64,000 nt of DNA from Eledone cirrhosa (GCA_964016885.1 OZ024759.1:16306001-16370000), one strand, 5' to 3'. Numbered from the stretch's first letter, positions 1 to 11,371 are shown. The notes: generated by a model from the sequence alone, not told the origin. Made by a program: numbers and translations.

Positions 1-2059
1 CTGTATGAATGCGTTTGTGTGTAGTCAAGTAACCTGATGTAGAGAAAGATTTACCACAGATATCACAATGATATGGTTTCTCTCCTGTATGAATGCGTTT
101 GTGTTTAGTTAAGTCACTTGATGTAGAGGAAGATTTACCACAGATATCACAGTGATATGGTCTCTCTCCTGTATGACTACGTTTGTGTTTAGTCAAGTGA
201 CCTGATACAGAGAATAATTTACCACAGATATCACAGTGATGTGGTTTCTCTCCCGTATGATTGCGTTTGTGTTTAGTTAAGTCACCTGATGCAGAGAATG
301 ATTTACCACAGATATCACAGTGATATGGTTTCTCTCCTGTATGAATGCGCTTGTGTGTAGTCAAGTCACCTGATTTAGAGAAAGATTTACCACAGATATC
401 ACAATGATATGGTTTCTCTCCTGTATGAATGCGCTTGTGTGTAGTCAAATGACCTGATTCAGAGAAAGATTTACCACAGATATCACAATGATATGGTTTC
501 TCTCCTGTATGAATGCGTTTGTGTTTAGTTAAGTCACCTGATTGAGAGAAAGATTTACCACAGATATCACAATGATATGGTTTCTCTCCTGTATGAATGC
601 GTTTGTGTGTAGTCAAGTAACCTGATGTAGAGAAAGATTTACCACAGATATCACAATTATATGGTTTCTCTCCTGTATGAATGCGTTTGTGTGTAGTCAA
701 GTATCTTGATTTAGAGAAAGATTCACCACAGATATCACAGTGATATGGTTTCTCTCCTGTATGAATGCGTTTGTGTGTAGTCAAGTGACCTGATGCAGAG
801 AAAGATTTACCACAGAATTCACAGTGATATGGTTTCTCTCCTGTATGAATGCATTTGTGTTTAGTCAAGTGACCTGATACAGAGAAAGATTTACCACAGA
901 TATCACAATGATATGGTCTCTCTCCTGTATGAATGCGTTTGTGTTTAATTAAGACACCTGATGCAGAGAAAGATTTACCACAGATATCACAATGATATGG
1001 TTTCTCTCCTGTATGAATGCGTTTGTGTTTAGTTAAATCACTTGATGTAGAGGAAGATTTACCACAGATATCACAGTGATATGGTCTCTCTCCTGTATGA
1101 CTACGTTTGTGTTTAGTCAAGTGACCTGATACAGAGAAAGATTTACCACAGATATCACAGTGATGTGGTTTCTCTCCTGTATGAATGCGCATGTGTGTAG
1201 TCAAATGACCTGATTCAGAGAAAGATTTACCACAGATATCACAATGATATGGTTTCTCTCCTGTATGAATGCGTTTGTGTGTAGTCAAGTAACCTGATGT
1301 AGAGAAAGATTTACCACAGATATCACAATTATATGGTTTCTCTCCCGTATGAATGCGTTTGTGTGTAGTCAAATGACCTGATTCAGAGAAAGATTTACCA
1401 CAGATATCACAATGATATGGTTTCTCTCCTGTATGAATGCGTTTGTGTTTAGTTAAGTCACCTGATGTAGAGAAAGATTTACCACAGATATCACAATGAT
1501 ATGGTTTCTCTCCTGTATGAATGCGTTTGTGTTTAGTCAAGTAACCTGATTTAGAGAAAGATTTACCACAGATATCACAGTGATATGGTTTATCTCCTGT
1601 ATGAATGCGTTTGTGACTAGTCAAATCACTAGATACAGAGAAAGATTTACCACAGATATCACAATGATATGGTTTCTCTCCTGTATGAATGCGTTTGTGT
1701 CTAGTTAAGCCACTTGATACAGAGAATGATTTACCACAGATATTACAGTGATATGGTTTCTCTCCTGTATGAATGCGTTTGTGCCTAGGTAAGTCCCTTC
1801 GTCTACAGAAAGATTTACCACAGATATCACAGCAATGTGGTCTCTCTCCTGTATGAATGCGTTTGTGTCTAGTTAATTCAGCTAATATAGAGAATGATTT
1901 ACCACAGATATTACAGTGATATGGTTTCTCTCCTGTATGAATGCATTTATGTTTAGTTAAACTACCTGATGCAGACAATTTACCACAGACATCACAATGA
2001 TATGGATTCTCTCCCATATTAATACGTTTATGGGCAGTGAAGTTACCTCTTGTAGACAT
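1..2059 (-). CDS. C2H2 zinc-finger protein ZNF-A, ~24 tandem fingers, 3' end beyond window
   Basis: 84-bp repeats translate on the minus strand as [28 protein letters not shown] with no stop seen from ATG 2059 (MSTRGNF...) to base 1. It is absent from the ORF track because it runs off the edge. The ancestral N-terminus (~2120-2316) is frameshifted. Confidence 0.88.
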   Translation of the reverse strand, partial: MSTRGNFTAHKRINMGENPYHCDVCGKLSASGSLTKHKCIHTGEKPYHCNICGKSFSILAELTRHKRIHTGERPHCCDICGKSFCRRRDLPRHKRIHTGEKPYHCNICGKSFSVSSGLTRHKRIHTGEKPYHCDICGKSFSVSSDLTSHKRIHTGDKPYHCDICGKSFSKSGYLTKHKRIHTGEKPYHCDICGKSFSTSGDLTKHKRIHTGEKPYHCDICGKSFSESGHLTTHKRIHTGEKPYNCDICGKSFSTSGYLTTHKRIHTGEKPYHCDICGKSFSESGHLTTHMRIHTGEKPHHCDICGKSFSVSGHLTKHKRSHTGERPYHCDICGKSSSTSSDLTKHKRIHTGEKPYHCDICGKSFSASGVLIKHKRIHTGERPYHCDICGKSFSVSGHLTKHKCIHTGEKPYHCEFCGKSFSASGHLTTHKRIHTGEKPYHCDICGESFSKSRYLTTHKRIHTGEKPYNCDICGKSFSTSGYLTTHKRIHTGEKPYHCDICGKSFSQSGDLTKHKRIHTGEKPYHCDICGKSFSESGHLTTHKRIHTGEKPYHCDICGKSFSKSGDLTTHKRIHTGEKPYHCDICGKSFSASGDLTKHKRNHTGEKPHHCDICGKLFSVSGHLTKHKRSHTGERPYHCDICGKSSSTSSDLTKHKRIHTGEKPYHCDICGKSFSTSGYLTTHKRIHT

Positions 2060-2971
2060 TTTACATATAACACAGTGATACAGCTTCTTTCTAGTGTGAA
2101 TAGATTTGTGAGTAGTTAAATTATTGGACACAGAATGATTTATCACAGATATCACAGTGATATAGCTTCTCTCCTGTGTGAATACGTTTGTGAATTGTTA
2201 GATTATGTTTTAGTGAACGACTTCTTACAGATAAGCAATGATAGGATGCTTTTTCTATCTCTTTCAACACCTCATCAGGGAAATCATTCTTTCCAGAATG
2301 ATTCTCACATTTCCATAATTTGTCTTCTCTCACCTCACAATAAATATATAATCCTTTACATCTTATTATTAACAAATATTTCTATTGTCATATTTCCACC
2401 AGTTGCGAATGATGTTGATACCTGAAGACAAGGAAGACACTATTGTATTATAATTGGATTTCCAAACAGTGAAATAAAAAAGATTTGGCTATGAATCTTC
2501 CCGAGGGTAAATACTCCAAAGATTTATATAAAGGATTTTATATCTCTTCTGGTCTTTAAAAGATGATAAATATTCATGATTATACCAATGTTATCCAATA
2601 CTCTGAAATAAGAAAGAAACAGTATAAGATATAAAGGTTACTTTAAAGTAGAAATTTAATGGTGGAAATAATACCACATTTCAATATTAATGGGAATTGT
2701 TGATATAATTTATATCAACATTATATATTATTTATATTAACTCTTTTGTGTTCAGGGGAAATTTTATATTATAAACCTTCCCCTGAACACAAAAGAGTTA
2801 GGACTCCTCCTCAGTTGTGTCCAAGACATGCCAACCTCCCTATTGCAGATGCCATGATAAAATGCAATACACATATATACACATTATATATACTCTCGGG
2901 TCCCAAATAATAGGGGGAGGGGTTAGAAAATCGCAAATTTTTTTAGGTTGTCTCCACGATTAATCCAGATC

Positions 2972-4258
2972 CCTGAGAAGAATTAGCCACTATAGTTAGC
3001 TTTTGTTGATCTGGAGAAGGCCTTTGATAGAGTACCCCGATCTGTCATCTGGTGGTCCCTAAGGAAACTAGGTGTAGAGCAATGGCTTGTGAGGACACTG
3101 CAAGCCATGTACAGGGGTGCTGTCAGTAAAGTGAGAATAGGAATGGAGTTTAGTGAGGAATTCCAGATACAAGTAGGTGTACATCAAGATTCTGTCCTCA
3201 GCCCACTCTTGTTCATTATAGTCCTCCAAGCCATAACAGAGGAGTTTAAAACTGGATGCCCATGGAAACTTCGCTATGCTGATGATCTGGTTCTTATAGC
3301 AGAATCAGTAAAGGAGCTAGAGAATAAATTCTGGCTATGGAAACAGCAGTTGCAATCAAGAGGAGTGAGAGTGAACATAGCTAAGACAAAAGTGTTGATA
3401 AATAGAAGAGAGCACAATACTCTGATTCCATCAGGGAAATGGCCATGTTCGATATGTAGGAAAGCAACTGGCATAAATTCCATAAAATGTACACAATGGA
3501 GATCTTGGGTACACAACAGATGTAGTGGGATAGCAGGCAAAGTAACAGGCAGGGAAAACTATGTATGCAGTAGATGTACAGGGAAAGTTGGCAGTAGTAA
3601 TCGCTGTGATAGACTTGTTTTTCCAATGCAGGTGGGTTATAGAAGTGGTTGATAGCTTCCAGTACCTAGGTGATCAGATTAGCATGAGAGCGGGGGTGTT
3701 CCGAGGCCATAGTATCTAGAATAAGGACGGGTTGGAAGAAGTTTAGGGAGTTGCCTTCCTCTGTTGACAAAGAAGGGTTTCTCCCTGTGTATGAAAGGAC
3801 GGTTATATGATGCCTGTGTGAGATGCGCGATGCTGCATGGTAGTGAGACATGGGCAGCAACTGCAGAAGATATAAGACGGCTGGAGAGAAATGAAGCAAG
3901 TATGCTCCGTTGGATGTGCGCGAACGACCAAGCATAGACGAGTTGAGAAAGAAACTGGGTGTAAGAGGGATAAGTTGTGGTGTGCAGGAGAGAAGGCTGA
4001 GATGGTATGGACATGTGATGCGCATGGAGGATGACCGATGGGTGAAGAAGTGCCAGGAATTCCCAGTGGAGGGAAGACGCAGTAGAGGTAGATCACATAA
4101 AACATGGGCGGAGGTGGTGAGAGCAGACCTCAGATTGCTGAAACTCACCGAGGAGATGACGAAGGACCATGACAAGTGGAGGGATGCTGTGCTGAATAGG
4201 ACCCATCCAACCCTTGTAAGCAGGGAAAAGCGAACGTAAAATGATGATGATGATGATA
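2972..4258 (+). mobile_element. 5'-truncated RTE-clade LINE (RT with PHD-like insert, thumb, 3' tail)
   Basis: AFVDLEKAFDRV, GVHQDSVLSPLLF, YADD, FQYLG and RLRWYGHVMRM motifs, with frameshifts and a (ATG)n tail. Confidence 0.92.
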
Positions 4259-5430
4259 TGGAAGCGGGTGGCCTAGTGGTAAGGGTATTGGACTTCTGAC
4301 CATAACGTTATGGATTCAATTCCTGGACTGGGTTGTGTGTTGAGTTCTTGAGCAAAACATGTTTGGACCATATCCTTGTGGTTGTGTTTATAGAAAATTA
4401 TTTATTTCCCATTGCAATTTTTCATAACATTAGATGATTTGCAATATTTAGCAAAACATTTCATTTCACTTTACTACTACTGTTACAAATACGAAAGTTA
4501 CTACTACTTCTATAGTAATTTTGGTGTGATGTATACGTCTGTCTCGATAAGATAACTACCAGATTTGAAAAAAAAAAAAAAGAAATTAGTAAACGTCAAT
4601 ATTATCGAGTAAACCACTCATGGTGTTGCTTGACCTGTCTCATGCAAATGAAACGGAAAGACGGCAGCACACCCTAGCCCCGTAATGTGGGATGGCTGTT
4701 GCTGCGGGTGTCTCTGTCAATTTGTCCGCAGGGCACGACTGAGGCTCCGCTCAAACTGGGGTGCAGTGTCTGTCCCTTCCACATTGCTCCCTTTAATAGT
4801 GTTTTGTATTTATTAGATTTTTCTCAATTATTTTTATGTAGTAATTTACTTATTAAAAAAAAAGTAATGGTTTCTAATTTAAGGACCAGGCCAACAATTT
4901 TAGGGAAGGGGCTAAGTCGTTTAAACAGACCCAAATGCGTTGCGGGTACTTTATTTTATCGACCGCGTAATAATAATTATTATTAAATAAGAAAAATTTG
5001 AAGGGAAGTAAATCTTGTTGCATATTGAAGAAGGACAGCACGACTTCTTTCCCTTTGATTGTTATTCTAATCTGTTTAAAAGTAACTTCACTACATAAAA
5101 CCATTTCCGTCGCTAATTTTCTCCTTTTTCATAACATTTTAGTTTATTATATAAATCGTCTTTTTTTAATGTATCATCGATTACTTTACTGATTACAGAA
5201 GAGAGTATAACACTTCGTTCAATTTCTGCGCATATTGTCAATTACGATTTCATTTTTACATGTATATATACTTGAGTATAATATAATTATGCACAGTACA
5301 CGTGCTAGCAGAAAACCAGCTGGGGGGTGGACTTTCTGCTAGTATATATAATGCTTTTGTTTGTATGTGTGTGTGACTGTGTATATATGTATGGGTGTGA
5401 TCTCGTACATTGCTTCTCGCTCAATTTAAT

Positions 5431-5510
5431 ACTTACATATATATATATATCAATATAGTCAGAATTTCGGTAAATGGCGTCCCTCAGAGAAAATAGGAAG
5501 TGACAAACGT
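5431..5510 (-). promoter_or_regulatory. Putative promoter / non-coding first exon of ZNF-A (paralog ~23130-23200 for ZNF-B)
   Basis: ETS-like GGAAGT and YY1-like CGCCATTT followed by a GTAAGT donor (5436-5431) on the minus strand. The matching acceptor TTTCTTATTTCAG is at ~2603. Confidence 0.5.
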
Positions 5511-5704
5511 TTCGTTACATCTATTTTCTTTCTTTTCTGTTGTTTTTACGTCGTAAGTCCATAAACCACGGTGATCCATAGAAGAAACAACACCATTTAT
5601 TCGGCCGCCTCTGTATCAAGAACAGAAAATCTTTTTCCGAGAAATTATTCGATTCTTCCAAATTTATAGGCTTTTGTGGGGTAACTTTCAATGTTCTTAT
5701 GTCT

Positions 5705-5780
5705 TTACGGCCTGAAGAGCTCAGGCTATCATAACTGATAGTCCTCGGTGAAATATGTATATCGGCGTTTTAAATAAACC
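5705..5780 (+). ncRNA. Degenerate hammerhead-like motif (paralog ~23398-23472)
   Basis: CTGAAGAG (CTGATGAG in the paralog), hairpin AGGCTATCA/TGATAGTCCT, GAAA, TATGTATA-TC, followed by AATAAA. Stem I is imperfect. Confidence 0.4.
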
Positions 5781-6689
5781 TGAATCAACTGAATATGGCC
5801 TCCGATCTTTTAATATATATATATATAATGTATGTGTGTGTGTTTGTATGTATATATGTATATGTTTTTGTGTATATATATATGTGTGTATATCTATATA
5901 TATTTATTTTATAATTCCAAGGTGTTAGTGGAATTATAATAGAAGAGGAAATCAAATTAATGTTGAAATACAACAGAGAGGAATTACACATCTTACGACA
6001 ACTGCCAACATTTTAAAATACTTCTGCGCAAGGATTCTATTTTTACGACTATGTTGTGCGGTCCTGTTTTAGTTTGTTTGGGAAAAGCAAAACAGACTAA
6101 TTAAAAATTGTATAAGCAGTTTAATGACTGAAAGCAGTAAAAATAATTTAAAATACAAATACAGTCCCGTAAATTAAAATTATAATCATAATTAAAATTA
6201 AATTCTCAGGCCGCAGCGCAACTGTAAAAAAGAAAAATATTCTTCCGCAGGCTACGAAACAAAGAAGTACTCGAAGTTCTTCAAAGATTTAATGTTTTCA
6301 GGGTTTTATTTTTATTTTCGTTGTCTTCCTGTATGTCAACTTTGATCATCCCGAAGGATTCTGAGTGTTTGGACATTCGACAACATCGATACATGTCAAT
6401 TAATCAATCGAGAGTGTCTGATGTACACAATAGCTCCCGCAATGTTTCATTCATTGTTGTTTATCAACCAAAAGCTTCGTGTTGTTCATTCCCTGTACGT
6501 CTTTTACAGAGCAGCTTTTTTTTAATAAGAGCGAGACACGGTCAACCGACCAATCTTGACTCAAGCGGTACAATTCCCGTTTTACCCAAGCTAGCGTGGA
6601 AGATAGACGTTAAACGATGATGATGATGATATATACATATATGTATATATATATACGCACACACATTATATATATATATATATATAGGA

Positions 6690-7440
6690 ACGAGTAGGAC
6701 CCCAATCGAAGGGTGAGAGCATAGGGTTCGGAGGGGGAGATTTGTAGGTAATAAATCCGAATCTCTCCTTGGTACCGAAGTCCTGATTGTCGCAATATCT
6801 GTCGTAGAAAAAAGTTCTCCATCTAAGTCTTATCGCAAATAGATCGATTTTTTGCGTGAGCATCCGAAGGTCAAGTTTTTTCGGTGGGACTGGGATGTTC
6901 TTGGTAGAGAAGTCGATGTTGTGTTTTCGCATGGTGCGGGTGAAAGAACTTGAGCTTAGCGGAAAAGTCTGGATACGGCGTGGTAGGGTCGGATAGTGCT
7001 CTACTACGGGAATAGGAGCTAGATAACGAAGGAAATGTGGTAAGGAACCAGGTGGACCATAACGCACCAAAGTACTCATTTCCTTCGTTATATATATGAA
7101 TATATATATATATGAAAGGTAGAGTTAATAACTCTAATATATGTAGTAATAAACACAGTAAATCGTGTGTCTAATATTACGAGGGTTAAAGAACCACATT
7201 TGTTTGAAATATTTAACAAAGAAGCAGACAGAATGATAAAAATAAAATTAAATTATACAGACCGTCTAAATAACGATTACATCTCTCGGACAGAGTAATC
7301 TGTTTCGTCCTGATGGTGTTTGTAACAGATAATCCACGGGCATCATCAGCGAGAGAATCTGTATTAGGTGAATTAGTATGAGGTGTTTGTCGCATTTAAT
7401 CAGATTCTCTCGTTGATGATGCCCGTGGATTATCTGTTAC
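6690..7440 (-). mobile_element. Penelope-like element 5' fragment (pseudo-LTR plus ORF N-terminus)
   Basis: MRKHNIDFSTKNIPVPPKK...RLRWRTFFY...KERFGF resembles the PLE ORF N-terminus. A hammerhead lies upstream, and a partial inverted copy at 7401-7440 is typical of pseudo-LTRs. Confidence 0.65.
7282..7356 (-). ncRNA. Type I hammerhead ribozyme
   Basis: Minus strand: TCTCTCG-CTGATGA-[stem II]-GAAA-CAGA ttac TCTG-TC-CGAGAGA. Stem I (7 bp) and stem III are perfect, the cleavage triplet is GUC, and stem II is imperfect. Confidence 0.8.
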
Positions 7441-8660
7441 CCACTCCGTAGCTTCCATCAATTTTCATTGCACTGCACTTTTTTATACAGCTGTCGTCCT
7501 TCATACGCATCACATTGCCATACCAATGCAATCTCCTCTCCAGAACACATTTGATACCTCTTATGCTTAGTCTCTCTCTCAATTCGGTTATGCTTCGCTG
7601 TTCACGCACATTACTATTACACATCCATCGGAGCATGCAAGCTTCATTTCTTTCTAATCGATGCAAGTCTTCAGGACACGAGGCCCAGGTCTCACTACCA
7701 TGTAATATCGCCGTTCGTATACAAGCATTATGCAATCTGCCTTTCACCTTTAGAGGAAAACCCCTTGTGGCCAACAGTGGTATTAGCTCTCTGTACTTTT
7801 TCTATCCGTCAGGCTACTACATTCTCAGAGAACCCTCCACCATTGCTGATTTTGTCACCCAGGTAATGGTAAGTGTCTATTTCTATAGAACCAGCTAGGC
7901 AGTTGAAGGAGATAGCATGCAATGGATCATTGCTACTTACTGCACCTGAGCATCGGCCTCATATAAAATCTACATTCTTAGATAACTTACCTGTGATCCC
8001 ACTACATCTTTTATGTACCCATAGTTTGCATTTGGGGCATAGAATTCAATTTCTACCTACTCCTTTCTTACACACTGAGCATGGCCATTTCCCAGAGGGC
8101 ACCTGTGCCCTATTCTCCTTTCTACATACTAGAACTTTAGTCTTAGACAAGTTAACTCTAAGGCCTTTTGATTCTAGGCTATGTTTCCATGTCTGGAACT
8201 TCTTCTCTAGTTCAGCCATGGATTCAGTTATGAGAGTTAGATCATCTGCATATAGAAGTTCCCATGGGCAGCCAGTCTTAAATCCTTCTGTTATAGCCTG
8301 TAGGACAATAATAAATAGGAGGGGGCTAAGGACGGAGCCCTGGTGAACCCCTACTATTACGCTTAATTCTTCACTATATTCATTGTTAAGTCTAACCTTG
8401 CTGACTGTTCCTCTATATATGGCTTGTATAGCTCTCACAAGCCATTTCTACTCCTAGTTTTCTAAGAGCCCACCAGATTAAGGTGTGTGGGACTCTGTCA
8501 AAGGCTTTCTTCACATCAACAAAAGCTAAGTAGAGGAGTTTACTGTTAGCTAGGTACTTCTCCTGTAGTTGCCGTACAAGGAAAAGAGCATCCGTGGTGC
8601 TTTTACCTGGCACAAACCCAAACTGCATTTCATCTAGATCAATTCGGTTCCTAATTGTGG
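7441..8660 (-). mobile_element. RTE-clade LINE fragment (PHD-insert family, diverged subfamily)
   Basis: QFGFVPGKSTTDA, GVHQGSVLSPLLF, LLYADDL, WPCSVCKKGVGRN and LHWYGNVMRM motifs, with frameshifts. Confidence 0.92.
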
Positions 8661-8928
8661 TTAGGAGGAGAAGGATGGATATAAATCTGTATTTTGAAGT
8701 GTCTGCTATATCTTATACTGTTTCTTTATCATTTCAGAATATCTGATGACACTGGGATAAATGAACTACACTATTGACATCAGCGTGATTTGAACTCAGA
8801 GCACAGACTACCAGAGTAAATACCGTAAAGCATTTCTATCTGTCATTCTGACTCTTTACTGGCTAAGAAATAAGAAATATAGAAGAAATATTTAAGAATA
8901 AAGTATCAAAACAAAGAGAGGAAAAATT

Positions 8929-9573
8929 ATGGAAAATGAATTATGTGAGGGCAATTCTAAAATGGATGATTTTCCTGATGAGGTGTTGAAAGAAATAGGA
9001 AAAATATTCTATGACAGTGATATCTGTGAGAAGTCATTCACTCAAAAATATAGCCTAACAACTCATAAACGTATTCATACAACAGAGAAACTATATCACT
9101 GTGATGTCTGTGGTAAATCGTTCTCTTAGTCTAATCATTTAACTAGTCACATACGTATTCATACGGGAGAGAAACCGTATCGGTGTGATATCTGTGGTAA
9201 AGCTTTCTCTGCACCTGGTACATTAGCTAAACACAAGCCCACTCATACAGGAGAGAAATTGTATCACTGTAATATCTGTAGTAAATCATTCTCTCAAAAA
9301 CATCACTTAACTAGTCACATATACATTCATAAAGCAGAGAAACCCTATCGCTGTGTTGTCTGTGGTGAACCATACTCTCGAAATGATGGCCTGGCTATTC
9401 ACAAACAAAAGCATACAGGTGAGAACGCATATTACTGTGATGTTTGTGTTAAAGCATTCTCTCGTATAAATATTTTAACTAAACACAAGCATATAGATAC
9501 AGGAGAGAAACCATATCACTGTGATGTCTGTGGTAAATCGTTCTCACAAACATATAACTTCGCTATACTGTAA
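8929..9573 (+). pseudogene. C2H2 zinc-finger pseudogene ZNF-C (~7 fingers)
   Basis: MENELCE N-terminus as in its paralogs, an in-frame TAG at 9127-9129, degenerate fingers, and a last finger that runs into the satellite. Confidence 0.85.
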
Positions 9574-11062
9574 AGTAGTCATGTATGAGACACAGTAAGA
9601 AAGCTCCCAGTCCACACTGTAAAGTGGTCATGTAGGAGACACATTAAAAAGGCTCCCAGTCCACACTGTAAAGTAGTCATGTAGGAGACACAGTAAAAAG
9701 GCTCCCAGTCCACACTGTAAAGTGGTCATGTAGGAGACACAGTAAAAAGGCTCCCAATCCACTGTAAAGTGGTCATATAGGAGACAGTAAAAAGGCTGCC
9801 AGTCCACACTGTAAAGTGGTCATGTAGGAGACACGGTAAAAAGGCTCCCAGTCCACACTGTAAAGTGGTCATGTAGGAGACACAGTAAAAAGGCTCCCAG
9901 TCCACACTGTAAAGTGGTCATGTAGGAGTCACAGTAAAAAGGCTCCCAGTCCACACTGTAAAGTGGTCATGTAAGAGACACAGTAAAAAGGCTTCTAGTC
10001 CACAGTGTAAAGTGGTCATGTAGGAGACACATTAAAAAGGCTCCCAGTCCACACTGTAAAGTGGTCATGTAGGAGGAGACACAGTAAAATGGCTCCCAGT
10101 CCACACTGTAAAGTGGTCATGTAGGAGACACAGTAAAAAGGCTCCTAGTCCACACTGTAAAGTGGTCATGTAGTAGACACAGTAAAAAGGCTACCAGTCC
10201 ACACTTTAAGGTGGTCATGTAGGAGACACAGTAAAAAGGCTCCCAGTCCACACTGTAAAGTAGCCATGTAGGAGACACAGTAAAAAGGTTCCCAGTCCAC
10301 ACTGTAAAGTAGCCATGTAGGAGACACAGTAAAAAGGCTCCCAGTCCACACTGTAAAGTGGTCATGTAGGAGACATAGTAAAATGGCTCCCAGTCCACAC
10401 TGTAAAGTGACCATGTAGGAGACACAGTAAAATGGCTCCCAGTCCACACTGTAAAGTGGTCATGTAGGAGACACATTAAAAAGGCTCCCAGTCCACACTG
10501 TAAAGTGGTCATGTAAGAGACACAGTAAAAAGGCTTCTAGTCCACAGTGTAAAGTGGTCATGTAGGAGACACATTAAAAAGGCTCCCAGTCCACACTGTA
10601 AAGTGGTCATGTAGGAGGAGGCACAGTAAAATGGCTCCCAGTTCACAGTGTAAAAGTAATCATGTAGGAGACACGGTAAAAAGGCTCCCAGTCCACACTG
10701 TAAAGTGGTCATGTAGGAGACACAGTAAAAAGGCTCCTAGTCCACACTGTAAAGTGGTCATGTAGTAGACACAGTAAAAAGGCTACCAGTCCACACTTTA
10801 AGGTGGTCATGTAGGAGACACAGTAAAAAGGCTCCCAGTCCACACTGTAAAGTAGCCATGTAGGAGACACAGTAAAAAGGCTACCAGTCCACACTGTAAA
10901 GTGGTCATGTAGGAGACATAGTAAAATGGCTCCCAGTCCACACTGTAAAGTGACCATGTAGGAGACACAGTAAAATGGCTCCCAGTCCACACTGTAAAGT
11001 AGTCATGTAGGAGACACAGTAAAATGGCTCCCAGTCCACACTGTAAAGTGGTCATGTAGGTG
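9567..11062. repeat. 49-bp tandem satellite, ~30 copies
   Basis: Unit GTCCACACTGTAAAGTGGTCATGTAGGAGACACAGTAAAAAGGCTCCCA, period 49 (9612, 9661, 9710...). Confidence 0.97.
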
Positions 11063-11371
11063 TTACAAAGAAATTAAAAACATGATCATTACTTATTTGA
11101 ACAGTAATACATCATTTTTTAACTAACAAAACTTCAAATAAGTAACAATTGTGTTTTTAATTTCTTTCTTAGTCTCATATTGGTGATAAAAAAGCATGAA
11201 CTAATAATGTTTCTACTTTTCGCACAAGGCCAGCAATTACTCCAGTGCATAACTGGTGCTTTATTTTATCGACCCCATAAGGATGAAAGGCAAAGTTACC
11301 CAGAACAACCTGGTTCTGAGATAATCTTTCTTCAAATCTTGGATAATGGCAGGAATTAATTATTATAAATA

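Larger units (their letters stand above)
1990..6525. repeat. Segmental duplication copy 1 (ZNF 5' region, RTE, SINE, promoter region); copy 2 at ~19610-24180
   Basis: Colinear near-identical sequence at an offset of ~17.6 kb (e.g. 2281-2700 vs 19915-20335, 5400-6500 vs 23100-24170). Confidence 0.95.

Noticed and set aside
1-2400. PRDM9 ortholog
   Set aside because: No KRAB, SSXRD or SET exons were found upstream; the resemblance is limited to array behaviour.
9567-11062. CRISPR-like array, or the repetitive ORFs in the track
   Set aside because: Contiguous monomers with no unique spacers, no cas genes, and a eukaryotic context. The ORFs are by-products of a 49-bp period.
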